In this document: one piece after another, positions 1 to 7,381 of the stretch | Layout: every line of letters starts with the position of its first letter | Position numbering within the stretch: the first letter of the stretch is position 1 | NCBI GenBank assembly: GCA_044866005.1 | Contig: JBIOTN010000131.1 | Coordinates: 1-14,871, forward strand | Origin: Candidatus Rokuibacteriota bacterium | GTDB lineage: Bacteria; Methylomirabilota; Methylomirabilia; Rokubacteriales; DASRDR01 | DNA length: 14,871 bases | Direction of reading: 5' to 3' | Notes under the pieces: generated by a model | What the model was told of the DNA's origin: nothing | The model's database searches: none | Seen by the model: the letters and a program-made list of their open reading frames with translations, nothing else | Made by a program: the position numbers and the translations under genes

Positions 1-72
1 GGCCCCCACCCTCCCGAGGAGGTCCGCCGCGCCTACAACGTCCTCCGCGCCTTCTTCGGAAGGGTCTCCTAG
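1..72 (+). CDS. 3' end of an unidentified CDS (partial)
   Basis: Frame 1 is open from base 1 (GPHPPEEVRRAYNVLRAFFGRVS*) with GC3-rich codons. TAG at 70-72 lies within the CTAG target site of the adjacent IS. Confidence 0.55.
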   Translation, partial: GPHPPEEVRRAYNVLRAFFGRVS

Positions 73-773
73 CCCAACTTCCGCAGTTGACGGGGGTCAC
101 ACTAGTCTTTTCGCGCACTTGGCGAAAAAGTCGGCACTACATTTCGGCGCTGAGGAGGGTGGGCGTGCGGATGCGGAGGCGCTCCGGCAGATCGAGGCCG
201 AGTCGGGCCAGGAGGTACGCCTGAGCCGGCTCCGGCCGGACGACGCACCGGAGGCGGAGGCCTCGCGGCCGGCCGGCAGGAGGCGCTCGCACACCTCGTC
301 CAGGCGGAGGGCGCGCCAGAGCGTCCAGCCCAACCAGACATCGCCAAACGTCCGCCCGCGCTCCACGCGGATCCGATCGAGTCGGACCTGGACCGGCGCG
401 GGCGGCGGCTCAGCCCGCGTGAAGAACTCCGTGTGCTCCCGCTCGCCGGTGATGGCGCGCGCCAGCGCCTTGGCCCGCGCCCGGCCCTCGGCGTCCAGCT
501 CTCCGAGGTGGGCGACGGTCTGCTGGATGACCTTGCGCCCCACGCGCACCGAGCGGACCAGACGCCAGTAGGTATGGGCCTTGCCGTCCTTCAGGCGCGT
601 CGTGTGGCGCAAGTACATCTTCCCCGCATATGCGCCTGCCGCCGGAAAGAAGTCAACGAACTTGGTCGGCACTACACGCGCTTTCGGCCATCGAGTGGAC
701 GACACCACGCGCAGTTACGAGCCGGGCGACCCCGAAACTGGCCCGAGTCGGTCGCCTTACTGCGGAAGTTGGG
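73..773 (-). mobile_element. Internally deleted, non-autonomous IS1634-family element (701 bp)
   Basis: Perfect 15-bp terminal inverted repeats CCCAACTTCCGCAGT (73-87) / ACTGCGGAAGTTGGG (759-773). CTAG flanks both sides (69-72, 774-777). Transposase N- and C-terminal fragments lie inside. Confidence 0.88.
137..618 (-). pseudogene. IS1634-family transposase lacking its DDE core
   Basis: N-terminal ~120 aa (MYLRHTTRLKDGKAHTYWRLVRSVRVGRKVIQQTVAHLGEL...FGDVWLGWTLWRALRLD...LPAGREA) is joined out of frame at ~259-262 to the last 40 aa (LRLRCVVRPEPAQAYLLARLGLDLPERLR...SAEM*, stop 137-139). Both parts resemble IS1634 transposase termini as I recall them. Confidence 0.85.
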
Positions 774-1163
774 CTAGCCTTGTGGAAAGGCTCCGGAGCC
801 CTCCCGCCCAACGGGGTTGCTCCCGGGCGGGTTCAGCACTCTCGTGGTGTTCCTGTCGAAGAACTACCGTCAAAAGGTGGCCATGGCCCGAGCCCGAGCC
901 GAACGTCCGCAACATTTGCTTTTCTTCATCAGCCCCACCCGGGCATGCGGCTCGGGACGGGCTCGCACAGCGTATCAAACCGGCGCTGCTCAGGCACTCC
1001 CCCTGGTTGACTACTTCGGTGACCGCGAGGTACTCCAGTAAGCGACGGCTATGACCGCATCGCACACGGTGCGTCGGGAGTGCTGTGCAAGGATGATTGA
1101 CCACGGACCGCAGCGGAGCAGAGGCGCGTTCGCCCAGACTTGGTATTGCTGGTATGCTTTGTA

Positions 1164-1188
1164 GGTTCGAATCCCGTCGGGGACACCA
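1164..1188 (+). other. tRNA 3'-end fragment (probably tRNA-Glu), att-site direct repeat of an integrated element
   Basis: GGTTCGAATCCCGTCGGGGACACCA = T-loop, 3' T-stem, 3' acceptor strand CGGGGAC, discriminator A and CCA. Upstream bases (GTAGG) do not complete the T-stem and no 5' half is present. A GTCCCC-type acceptor is typical of tRNA-Glu. Confidence 0.75.
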
Positions 1189-1221
1189 GCCCGGTCACGA
1201 CGCGAGGGTAAAGGGACCAGG

Positions 1222-2277
1222 ATGTTCCACCTGACCGACGACCTCCGGATCGACCGGCTGGGACCGCTCGTGCCGCCGGCCATCCTGATGGAGCAGTATC
1301 CGATCACGGAGGTCGCGTCGACCACCGTGGCGGAGGGGCGGGAGGCGGTCAGCCGCATCCTTCGCGGCCAGGACGACCGGCTGCTGGTGGTGGCCGGCCC
1401 CTGCTCCATCCACGACGTGACCGCGGCGCGCGAATACGGGATGCGCCTCAAGGCGGCCGCGGACGGGTTGCGCGAGGACCTGTTCGTCGTCATGCGCGTC
1501 TACTTCGAGAAGCCCCGCACGACCGTCGGCTGGAAGGGGCTGATCAACGACCCCCGCCTCGACGGCAGCTTCCGGATCAACGAGGGGCTCGGCCTCGCCC
1601 GCGGGCTCCTCCTCGACCTGGCCAACCTGGGCATCGGCGCCGGCTGCGAGTTTCTCGACACGATCACCCCGCAGTTCATCGCCGACCTCGTCACCTGGGG
1701 CGCGATCGGCGCCCGCACGACCGAGAGCCAGGTGCACCGCGAGCTGGCCTCCGGGCTGTCCATGCCCGTCGGGTTCAAGAACGGCACCGACGGCAACGTC
1801 CAGATCGCGGTGGACGCGGTGCGCGCGGCGTCGCACCCGCACAGCTTCCTGTCGGTCACCAAGCAGGGTCTGGCCGCCATCGTCTCGACCAGGGGCAACG
1901 ACGCCTGCCACGTCATCCTGCGCGGCGCCGTGCGCCGCCCGAACTACCACGCGGAGGACGTCGAGGCCGCGGCCCGCGCGCTCGAGCGGGCGGGATTGCC
2001 GCCTCGGCTGATGGTGGACTGCTCCCACGGCAACAGCGGGAAGGATCACCAGCGCCAGCTGACGGTCGCCCGCGACATCGCGGCCCAGATCGCCGAGGGG
2101 AGCCCGTACGTCTTCGGCGTCATGATGGAGAGCCATCTGGTGAGTGGCCGGCAGGACGTCCGACCCGGCCAGGCCCTGGTCTACGGCCAGAGCATCACCG
2201 ATGCCTGCCTGGCCTGGGAGGACACGCTACCGGCGCTGGAGGAGCTGGCCAAGGCCGTCCGCGCCCGCCGCCGCTAG
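1222..2277 (+). CDS. aroG: 3-deoxy-7-phosphoheptulonate (DAHP) synthase, type I-alpha
   Basis: Motifs DDLRI, GPCSIHD, MRVYFEKPRTTVGWKGLINDP, IGARTTESQVHRELASGLS, GFKNGTDG, DCSHGNS, GVMMESHL, YGQSITDAC. The isozyme (aroF/G/H) is not determinable. Confidence 0.96.
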   Translation: MFHLTDDLRIDRLGPLVPPAILMEQYPITEVASTTVAEGREAVSRILRGQDDRLLVVAGPCSIHDVTAAREYGMRLKAAADGLREDLFVVMRVYFEKPRTTVGWKGLINDPRLDGSFRINEGLGLARGLLLDLANLGIGAGCEFLDTITPQFIADLVTWGAIGARTTESQVHRELASGLSMPVGFKNGTDGNVQIAVDAVRAASHPHSFLSVTKQGLAAIVSTRGNDACHVILRGAVRRPNYHAEDVEAAARALERAGLPPRLMVDCSHGNSGKDHQRQLTVARDIAAQIAEGSPYVFGVMMESHLVSGRQDVRPGQALVYGQSITDACLAWEDTLPALEELAKAVRARRR

Positions 2278-2285
2278 CTCGCCCG

Positions 2286-2303
2286 GACCGGCCTACGCCG
2301 GTC
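2286..2303. terminator. GC hairpin between convergent genes (possible terminator)
   Basis: GACCGGC-CTAC-GCCGGTC, 7-bp stem. No U-tract. Confidence 0.35.
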
Positions 2304-2333
2304 GCCCGGGGCGCGCCGCGAGCGAGCCGTCCT

Positions 2334-2633
2334 TCAGTAGAGCTCGACCGTCCGATCCCCCGCGCGCGAGAGGGCCCGCCCCACGTCCGCCGACTCGAGG
2401 GCGTCCCGCAGCGACGCATGGTCGTTGCAGCGGTCGAAGAAGCCCCGGGTGAGGAGCAGGTAGTAGCGCTTCTGCTGGCGCAGGCCCACGCCCGAGTCCG
2501 TGACGATGAAGAGGTGCGAGGTCCAGGCCCCGCGCGGATAGTCGTCGATCCGGCTGCCGCCGAACTCGCGCCCGAGATAGCGGCGGACCTCTTCGATCTT
2601 CCACGTGTCGATCTGCTTCGTCGCGGTGGGCAT
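2334..2633 (-). CDS. Hypothetical protein, 99 aa
   Basis: MPTATKQIDTWKIEEVRRYLGREF...DRTVELY*. GGAGAG RBS-like sequence upstream, GC3-biased codons and a sigma-54-like motif upstream. Confidence 0.72.
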   Translation of the reverse strand: MPTATKQIDTWKIEEVRRYLGREFGGSRIDDYPRGAWTSHLFIVTDSGVGLRQQKRYYLLLTRGFFDRCNDHASLRDALESADVGRALSRAGDRTVELY

Positions 2634-2658
2634 CGTCTGCTCTCCGCCCGCCTCGCTT

Positions 2659-2674
2659 AGCAAGCGTCCTGCCG
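2659..2674 (-). promoter_or_regulatory. Sigma-54-like -24/-12 motif for the 99-aa gene (second copy at 3388-3403)
   Basis: Minus strand CGGCAGGACGCTTGCT: GG-N10-GC with GGCA and TTGC, about 25 bp upstream of the ATG. Confidence 0.5.
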
Positions 2675-2934
2675 AGAGGTGTCGCCGCGGAGACCCGCCA
2701 CTGGGCGCGATCAGCTGCAAGACGGCGAGAACTGCCAGCGCCTGCGAGACAACCCGCGCAGGCGAGGACGCCGGTCGGGCGGCAAGGAATTGACCATCAG
2801 TGACCACCTCGGCTCATCGCGTAGGCGGCAGCCCCCACGGCTCCACCCCGTCGCGGCGATCGGTCCCCTGTGGTATCTTCAGACCCGCAACCGACCCTAC
2901 CGATCCCGGCCGGCGGCACACAGGGAGGGCAGCC

Positions 2935-3270
2935 ATGGCCGTCACGCACCCGCGCGCTCGGACGCACGTCCGTCTCTTCAGTGTTCTGCTCCTGCTCCTG
3001 CCGGGCGTCGGCCTCCTGGCTCCGGCTCGGCTCGTCGCGGCAGAGACGTCGCCCGGGATCGACGTCGTCGTGCTCTTCAAGGACGGGACCGACGCGGTCC
3101 AGCGCGATCAGATCCTCACGCGGGCCGGTGCGGGACAGCGCCACCACTTCCGGCTGGTCGACGCCTCCGCGGCGCGGCTGCCGAGCGCCCTCGTCCAGGC
3201 CGTGCTGGCCCGGCATCCGGACGTCGCCGCCGTCGTGCCCGACCGCCCGGTCCAGGCCCCGCGCGGATAG
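2935..3270 (+). CDS. Truncated duplicate of the subtilase: signal peptide + I9-like propeptide only (111 aa)
   Basis: Same RBS (GGAGGG) and ATG as 3664. Near-identical to the subtilase N-terminus up to VVPDRPVQA, then PRG* from the duplication junction. May be a pseudogene. Confidence 0.65.
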   Translation: MAVTHPRARTHVRLFSVLLLLLPGVGLLAPARLVAAETSPGIDVVVLFKDGTDAVQRDQILTRAGAGQRHHFRLVDASAARLPSALVQAVLARHPDVAAVVPDRPVQAPRG

Positions 3271-3362
3271 TCGTCGATCCGGCCGCCGCCGAACTCGCGC
3301 CCGAGATAGCGGCGGACCTCTTCGATCTTCCACGTGTCGATCTGCTTCGTCGCGGTGGGCAT
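3108..3362 (-). pseudogene. Truncated/chimeric duplicate of the 99-aa gene
   Basis: The first 38 codons (MPTATKQ...YPRGAWT) are duplicated, then the frame runs antisense into the subtilase prodomain copy until the stop at 3108. Confidence 0.7.
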
Positions 3363-3663
3363 CGTCTGCTCTCCGCCTGCCTCGCTTAGCAAGCGTCCTG
3401 CCGAGCGGTGTCGCCGCGGAGACCCGCCACTGGGCGCGATCAGCTGCAAGACGGCGAGAACTGCCAGCGCCTGCGAGGCAACCCGCGCAGGCGAGGACGC
3501 CGGTCGGGTGGCAAGGAATTGACCATCGGCGACCGTCTCGGCTCATCACGTAGGCGGCAGCCCCCACGGCTCCACCCCGTCGCGGCGATCGGTCCCCTGT
3601 GGTATCTTCAGGCCCGCAACCGACCCCACCGAACCCGGCCGGCGGCACACAGGGAGGGCAGCC

Positions 3664-5049
3664 ATGGCCGTCACGCACCCGCGCGCTCGGACGCACGTCC
3701 GTCTCTTCAGTGTTCTGCTCCTGCTCTTGCCGGTGGTCGGCCTCCTGGCTCCGGCTCGGCTCGTCGCGGCCGAGACGTCGCCCGGGATCGACGTCATCGT
3801 GCTCTTCAAGGACGGGACCGACGCGGTCCAGCGCGATCAGATCCTCACGCGGGCCGGTGCGGGACAGCGCCACCACTTCCGGCTGGTCGACGCCTCCGCG
3901 GCGCGGCTGCCGAGCGGCCTCGTCCAGGCCGTGCTGGCCCGACATCCGGACGTCGCCGCCGTCGTGCCCGACCGCCCGGTCCAGGCCCACGCCAAGCCCG
4001 GTCAGGGCGGCACCCCGGCCAGCCAGGTCGTGCCGGCCGGTGTCCACCGGGTCGGCGCCGACCTCGTGTGGCCCACGGGGACGACCGGCGCAGGCATCGG
4101 GGTGGCCGTCGTGGACACGGGGCTCGACTTCGCGCACCAGGATCTGCCCGTCGCGCCGGCGCCCAGCTGCTTTACCGCGTTTGCCTTCTGCCAGGACGAC
4201 AACGGCCATGGCACGCACGTCGGCGGCATCATCGCGGCGCGGAACAACACGGTCGACGTCGTCGGCGTGGCCCCGGATGCCACGCTCTACGCGGTCAAGG
4301 TGCTGGATCAGTCGGGAAGCGGGACGGACACCACGGTGATGGCCGGCCTCGAGTGGATCGCCGAGCACGCGAGCGCCCTGAGCCCGCCCATCCGGGTCGT
4401 GAACATGAGCCTGGGCCGCCCGGGAACGCTCGACGACAACCCCGCGCTCCACGCGCTCGTCCAGAAGCTGCACGACGCGCCATCGGCCGCGTGTCCCGAC
4501 TGCGCCGGTCTCGTCGTCGTCGTGTCGGCGGGCAACGACGCGAATCGCGAAGTCTCGCAGGAGGTCCCCGCCACTTATCCCGAGGTGCTCGCCATCGCGA
4601 GCTCGACCGCCCTCGGTGGGACCAACAGCTGCCGCTTCTTCAGCGGGACCATCCAGGCCGACACGGCGTCCTATTTCACGACCGACGGCGCGTTCACGGT
4701 CGATCCACTGACCGGGTTGGGCGTCGGCGTGACGGTGTCGGCTCCCGGCGAGGAGCGGGAGAACATCAGCCGGAGCTGCTTCGTCCAGTCGGTCGGGATT
4801 CTTTCCACGCGGCTCGGCGGTGGCAGCACGCGGATGTCCGGGACCAGCATGGCGGCGCCGCACGTGGCGGGGGTCGCCGCGCTCCTCCTGCAGAAGTTCA
4901 GCGCCGACCTCACGCCTGAAGGCGTGCGCGACCGTATCCGGCTCACGGCCGACGGCCAGGCCTCCGACCCCCTCGACTCCCCGACCACGAGCTACACCTT
5001 CGACGGCGAGCGCGAGGGCATCCTCTGGGCGCCGGGCGCCCTGCAGTAG
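3664..5049 (+). CDS. Secreted S8 (subtilisin-like) serine peptidase
   Basis: Signal peptide and propeptide. Catalytic Asp (VAVVDTG), His (DNGHGTHVGG) and Ser (SGTSMAAPHVAG), oxyanion Asn (SAGN), plus VVNMSLG. Confidence 0.96.
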   Translation: MAVTHPRARTHVRLFSVLLLLLPVVGLLAPARLVAAETSPGIDVIVLFKDGTDAVQRDQILTRAGAGQRHHFRLVDASAARLPSGLVQAVLARHPDVAAVVPDRPVQAHAKPGQGGTPASQVVPAGVHRVGADLVWPTGTTGAGIGVAVVDTGLDFAHQDLPVAPAPSCFTAFAFCQDDNGHGTHVGGIIAARNNTVDVVGVAPDATLYAVKVLDQSGSGTDTTVMAGLEWIAEHASALSPPIRVVNMSLGRPGTLDDNPALHALVQKLHDAPSAACPDCAGLVVVVSAGNDANREVSQEVPATYPEVLAIASSTALGGTNSCRFFSGTIQADTASYFTTDGAFTVDPLTGLGVGVTVSAPGEERENISRSCFVQSVGILSTRLGGGSTRMSGTSMAAPHVAGVAALLLQKFSADLTPEGVRDRIRLTADGQASDPLDSPTTSYTFDGEREGILWAPGALQ

Positions 5050-5092
5050 CGGTTCGCGGACCCCCGATTTTTCCCGCGCGCCATCTTTTCGC

Positions 5093-5146
5093 TTGACAGC
5101 CCCAATATGTTGTGCGATAGAGGGCGCGTCCGGCCACATGTAGGGT
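5093..5146 (+). promoter_or_regulatory. Sigma-70-like promoter with two NrdR-box-like operators
   Basis: Perfect TTGACA at 5093-5098 and a weak -10 (GATAGA, 5116-5121) 17 bp later. Box 1 cccCAATATGTTGTGc (5100-5115) and box 2 cggCCACATGTAGGGt (5131-5146) are 31 bp apart. NrdR consensus is acaCwAtATaTwGtgt. Confidence 0.6.
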
Positions 5147-5362
5147 CTCGCGTGGCCGGCAGGTCGGGACGTCGGACGCCTGAACGATACATGGCCCACG
5201 TCGCGTGGGAGGGGTGGGTCGGGCCGAGCGTTGCCTGCCGTCCGCTGGTCGGGGTGTAGCCCGGGGGGTCCGTCCCCCGAGATCGAGCGTCCCCCGTCGC
5301 GGCCTCCGCTGCCGCTCGTCCTCAGCGGGTTCGACCTGAGCGCGTCAGAGTTCCGGCCGGCT

Positions 5363-6064
5363 GTGCCGAGCCCGGGCCAGAACGGCCAGGGGCGGCTCGA
5401 CGGCGCGCGCGGCACGGCGCGCTACCTGGTCATCGTCGCGCGGGAGGAAGCGCTCCTGTGCGAGCACCTCAAGCAGCAGTTCGTCGGCGATCCGGAGGTT
5501 CGCGTCTTCACGGACCGCCGCCGCCCGGAGCGGCCCCGCTGGTTCGGGCGCGAGGCGCCGGAAGGGGAGGCGGACCGGTGGGAGCGCCGCGCGCGGGCGC
5601 CGGCCGACGAGCCGGCGGTCCGCTGGGTCGTCGTCTCGCGGACCCACGAGGCGGTCCGGGGCTGGACTCGCTCTCACGACACGCGTACCCCGCAGCGGGG
5701 GAGGAGGGCAGGTGTGATGGAAGGCCTGGAAGACCGGCAGCGCGTCGACCGCTGGATCGAGGAGAGCCAGTACCTGATCGGCCGCCTGATCCCCGGGCTG
5801 CTCGATGACCGGGACCGGCTCAAGGGCAAGCTCGACGCCGCCGAGCAAGACGCCGCGAAGCTCCGCCAGGAGATCGGCGAGCTGCGGAAGGAAGTCAACG
5901 ACCTCCAGAGCGAGACGCAGTACTTCCGGAACGAGCACGCGATCATGTCGGAGGCCCTGAGCCAGATCCTGGAGCACGTCGGTCAGATCCAGAAGCCGCT
6001 GAACGACGTCTACCGGCGGCTTCAGGTCACCCAGCCGAGCTCGGTCCCGACGTCGGGCAGCTGA
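5363..6064 (+). CDS. Hypothetical protein: small N-terminal domain + C-terminal coiled coil (start uncertain; alternative ATG 5717)
   Basis: Frame open from 5231. Protein-like from RYLVIVAREEALLCEHLKQQFVGDPEVRVFTDRRR. Heptad-rich C-terminus (LKGKLDAAEQDAAKLRQEIGELRKEVNDLQSE). GAGGAGG RBS before the in-frame ATG at 5717 (115 aa). The GTG start at 5363 is a guess. Confidence 0.7.
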   Translation: MPSPGQNGQGRLDGARGTARYLVIVAREEALLCEHLKQQFVGDPEVRVFTDRRRPERPRWFGREAPEGEADRWERRARAPADEPAVRWVVVSRTHEAVRGWTRSHDTRTPQRGRRAGVMEGLEDRQRVDRWIEESQYLIGRLIPGLLDDRDRLKGKLDAAEQDAAKLRQEIGELRKEVNDLQSETQYFRNEHAIMSEALSQILEHVGQIQKPLNDVYRRLQVTQPSSVPTSGS

Positions 6065-6097
6065 GGCCCGGGTCGGAGTAAGGCCGCCCTTCGGGCG

Positions 6098-6135
6098 CCC
6101 GGCGGCCGCCGACCGGGGGGCCGGCGGTCGCCGGG
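6098..6135. terminator. Hairpin between convergent genes
   Basis: CCCGGCGGCCGCCG (6098-6111) pairs with CGGCGGTCGCCGGG (6122-6135), including one G-U pair. Confidence 0.45.
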
Positions 6136-6136
6136 T

Positions 6137-7327
6137 TCAGGCCGGGACCCGAGGCTCCGGCCCTGGGCCCGCCGGAGGCCCGCCGCGGAGCCGTTGCTCG
6201 GCGACCCGCGTGACCGCCGCCCGCAGGTCCGGGTGGGCGTCGAGGAGGCGGCGGAAGTCGGCGGCGTCGAGGGCCAGGAGCTGGCACTCGGTCAGCGCGG
6301 TCACGGTCGCGGTTCGCACGGTGTCGTGCAGGAGCGCGATCTCGCCGAAGTACTGGCCGCGGCCCAGGCGGATCGGCGAGGGCTGGCGGTCGACCTCGAC
6401 CTCCCCGGCCATGATGAAGAACATCGCGTCCGCCGGCTCGCCGCGGCGGACGATGGCGTACTTGGCGGGCACGACCTCTCGCTTCAGCAGGCGCGCGATG
6501 TCGGCGATCCGCGCCGCGTCGAGGCTGGCGAAGAGCGGGACGCGGGCGACCGTGTGCCAGGTCACGACGAAGTCCCGCTTGCGCAGCTCGATCGCGAAGC
6601 CGGTGGCGAGGATGCCCGCCGGGACCGCGAACATCGCGATCCCGAGGACCATGACGAAGCTCCCGAACACCTTCCCCAGCCCCGTCACCGGGACGATGTC
6701 GCCGTAGCCGACCGTCGCCATCGTCACGATCGCCCACCACATCGCGTGCGGGATGCTGGCGAAGACCGTCGGCTGGGCGTCGCGCTCGAGCACGAACATC
6801 ACGGCCGAGTTGAGCACGAGCAGGACCGACATCGCCATGAGGGCCGCGAGCAGCGGCCGGCTCTCGTTCCGGATCACGGCGGCGAAGAGCGAGAGCGCCG
6901 GCACGTGGCGGGCGAGCTTGAGGAGACGCAGCAGGCGCACGACCCGCAGCCAGTCGGTCGGAATCGGCAGGAGCAGGCCGACGACGGCCGGCACCACCGC
7001 CACGAAGTCCACGATGCCGAGCGCTGACCGCGCGTAGGCGAGGCGCGCCTCCCAGGCGTCCTCCATCCCCCCGGGCTCGCCCTCCGGCGCGAACCAGAGC
7101 CGCAGCGCGTAATCCGCCGCGAGGACCGTGAGCGCCAGGGCCTCGAGCGCCGCGAAGAGGCTGCCGAAGCGGGCGGCCAGCCGCTCGACGGTCTGCAGGA
7201 CGAGGGCGAGGGCGCTCGCGACGACGATGAGGACGAGCAGCGCGCGGAGCGCCCGGGGGCCGGGCGCGGCCCCGTCGTCGGCGCCGTGGAGCGCGGCATG
7301 GACCTCCGAACGCCAGCGCGCCGTCAT
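6137..7327 (-). CDS. Cyclic-nucleotide-gated K+ channel (6TM + C-terminal cNMP-binding domain, MloK1-like)
   Basis: S4 Arg repeat (LRVVRLLRLLKLAR), pore helix SIPHAMWWAIVTMAT and filter TVGYGD. CNBD motifs IVRRGEPADAMFFI, YFGEIALL and RTATVTA. ATG at 7327. The longer ORF to 8722 is antisense to the radical SAM gene. Confidence 0.93.
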   Translation of the reverse strand: MTARWRSEVHAALHGADDGAAPGPRALRALLVLIVVASALALVLQTVERLAARFGSLFAALEALALTVLAADYALRLWFAPEGEPGGMEDAWEARLAYARSALGIVDFVAVVPAVVGLLLPIPTDWLRVVRLLRLLKLARHVPALSLFAAVIRNESRPLLAALMAMSVLLVLNSAVMFVLERDAQPTVFASIPHAMWWAIVTMATVGYGDIVPVTGLGKVFGSFVMVLGIAMFAVPAGILATGFAIELRKRDFVVTWHTVARVPLFASLDAARIADIARLLKREVVPAKYAIVRRGEPADAMFFIMAGEVEVDRQPSPIRLGRGQYFGEIALLHDTVRTATVTALTECQLLALDAADFRRLLDAHPDLRAAVTRVAEQRLRGGPPAGPGPEPRVPA

Positions 7328-7381
7328 GGCGGCGTCAAGTCTAGCCCAGACCTCGCCGCGAGGCGGTAGAGTAAAGGGGAC

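Larger units (their letters stand above)
2520..3988. repeat. Direct tandem duplication, 729-bp unit (2520-3248 and 3249-3977)
   Basis: The copies align without indels, with about 20 substitutions by manual count (~97% identity). GGTCCAGGCCC occurs at 2520-2530, 3249-3259 and 3978-3988. Confidence 0.96.

Noticed and set aside
97..708. Intact 203-aa transposase
   Set aside because: The start is more likely ATG 618, the DDE core is missing, and the tail after ~260 is out of frame with the true C-terminus.
886..965. Hammerhead ribozyme (minus-strand CTGATGA at 926-932 inside an imperfect inverted repeat)
   Set aside because: CTGATGA is followed directly by AGAAAAG with no stem II, so the core topology cannot be built.
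1110..1188. Complete tRNA gene
   Set aside because: No 5' acceptor strand, D-arm or anticodon arm can be formed. Only the last 25 nt are tRNA-like.
2797..5415. 872-aa minus-strand ORF
   Set aside because: Antisense shadow of the subtilase and the duplication. Arg/Gly/Pro-rich with no motifs, typical of GC-rich DNA.
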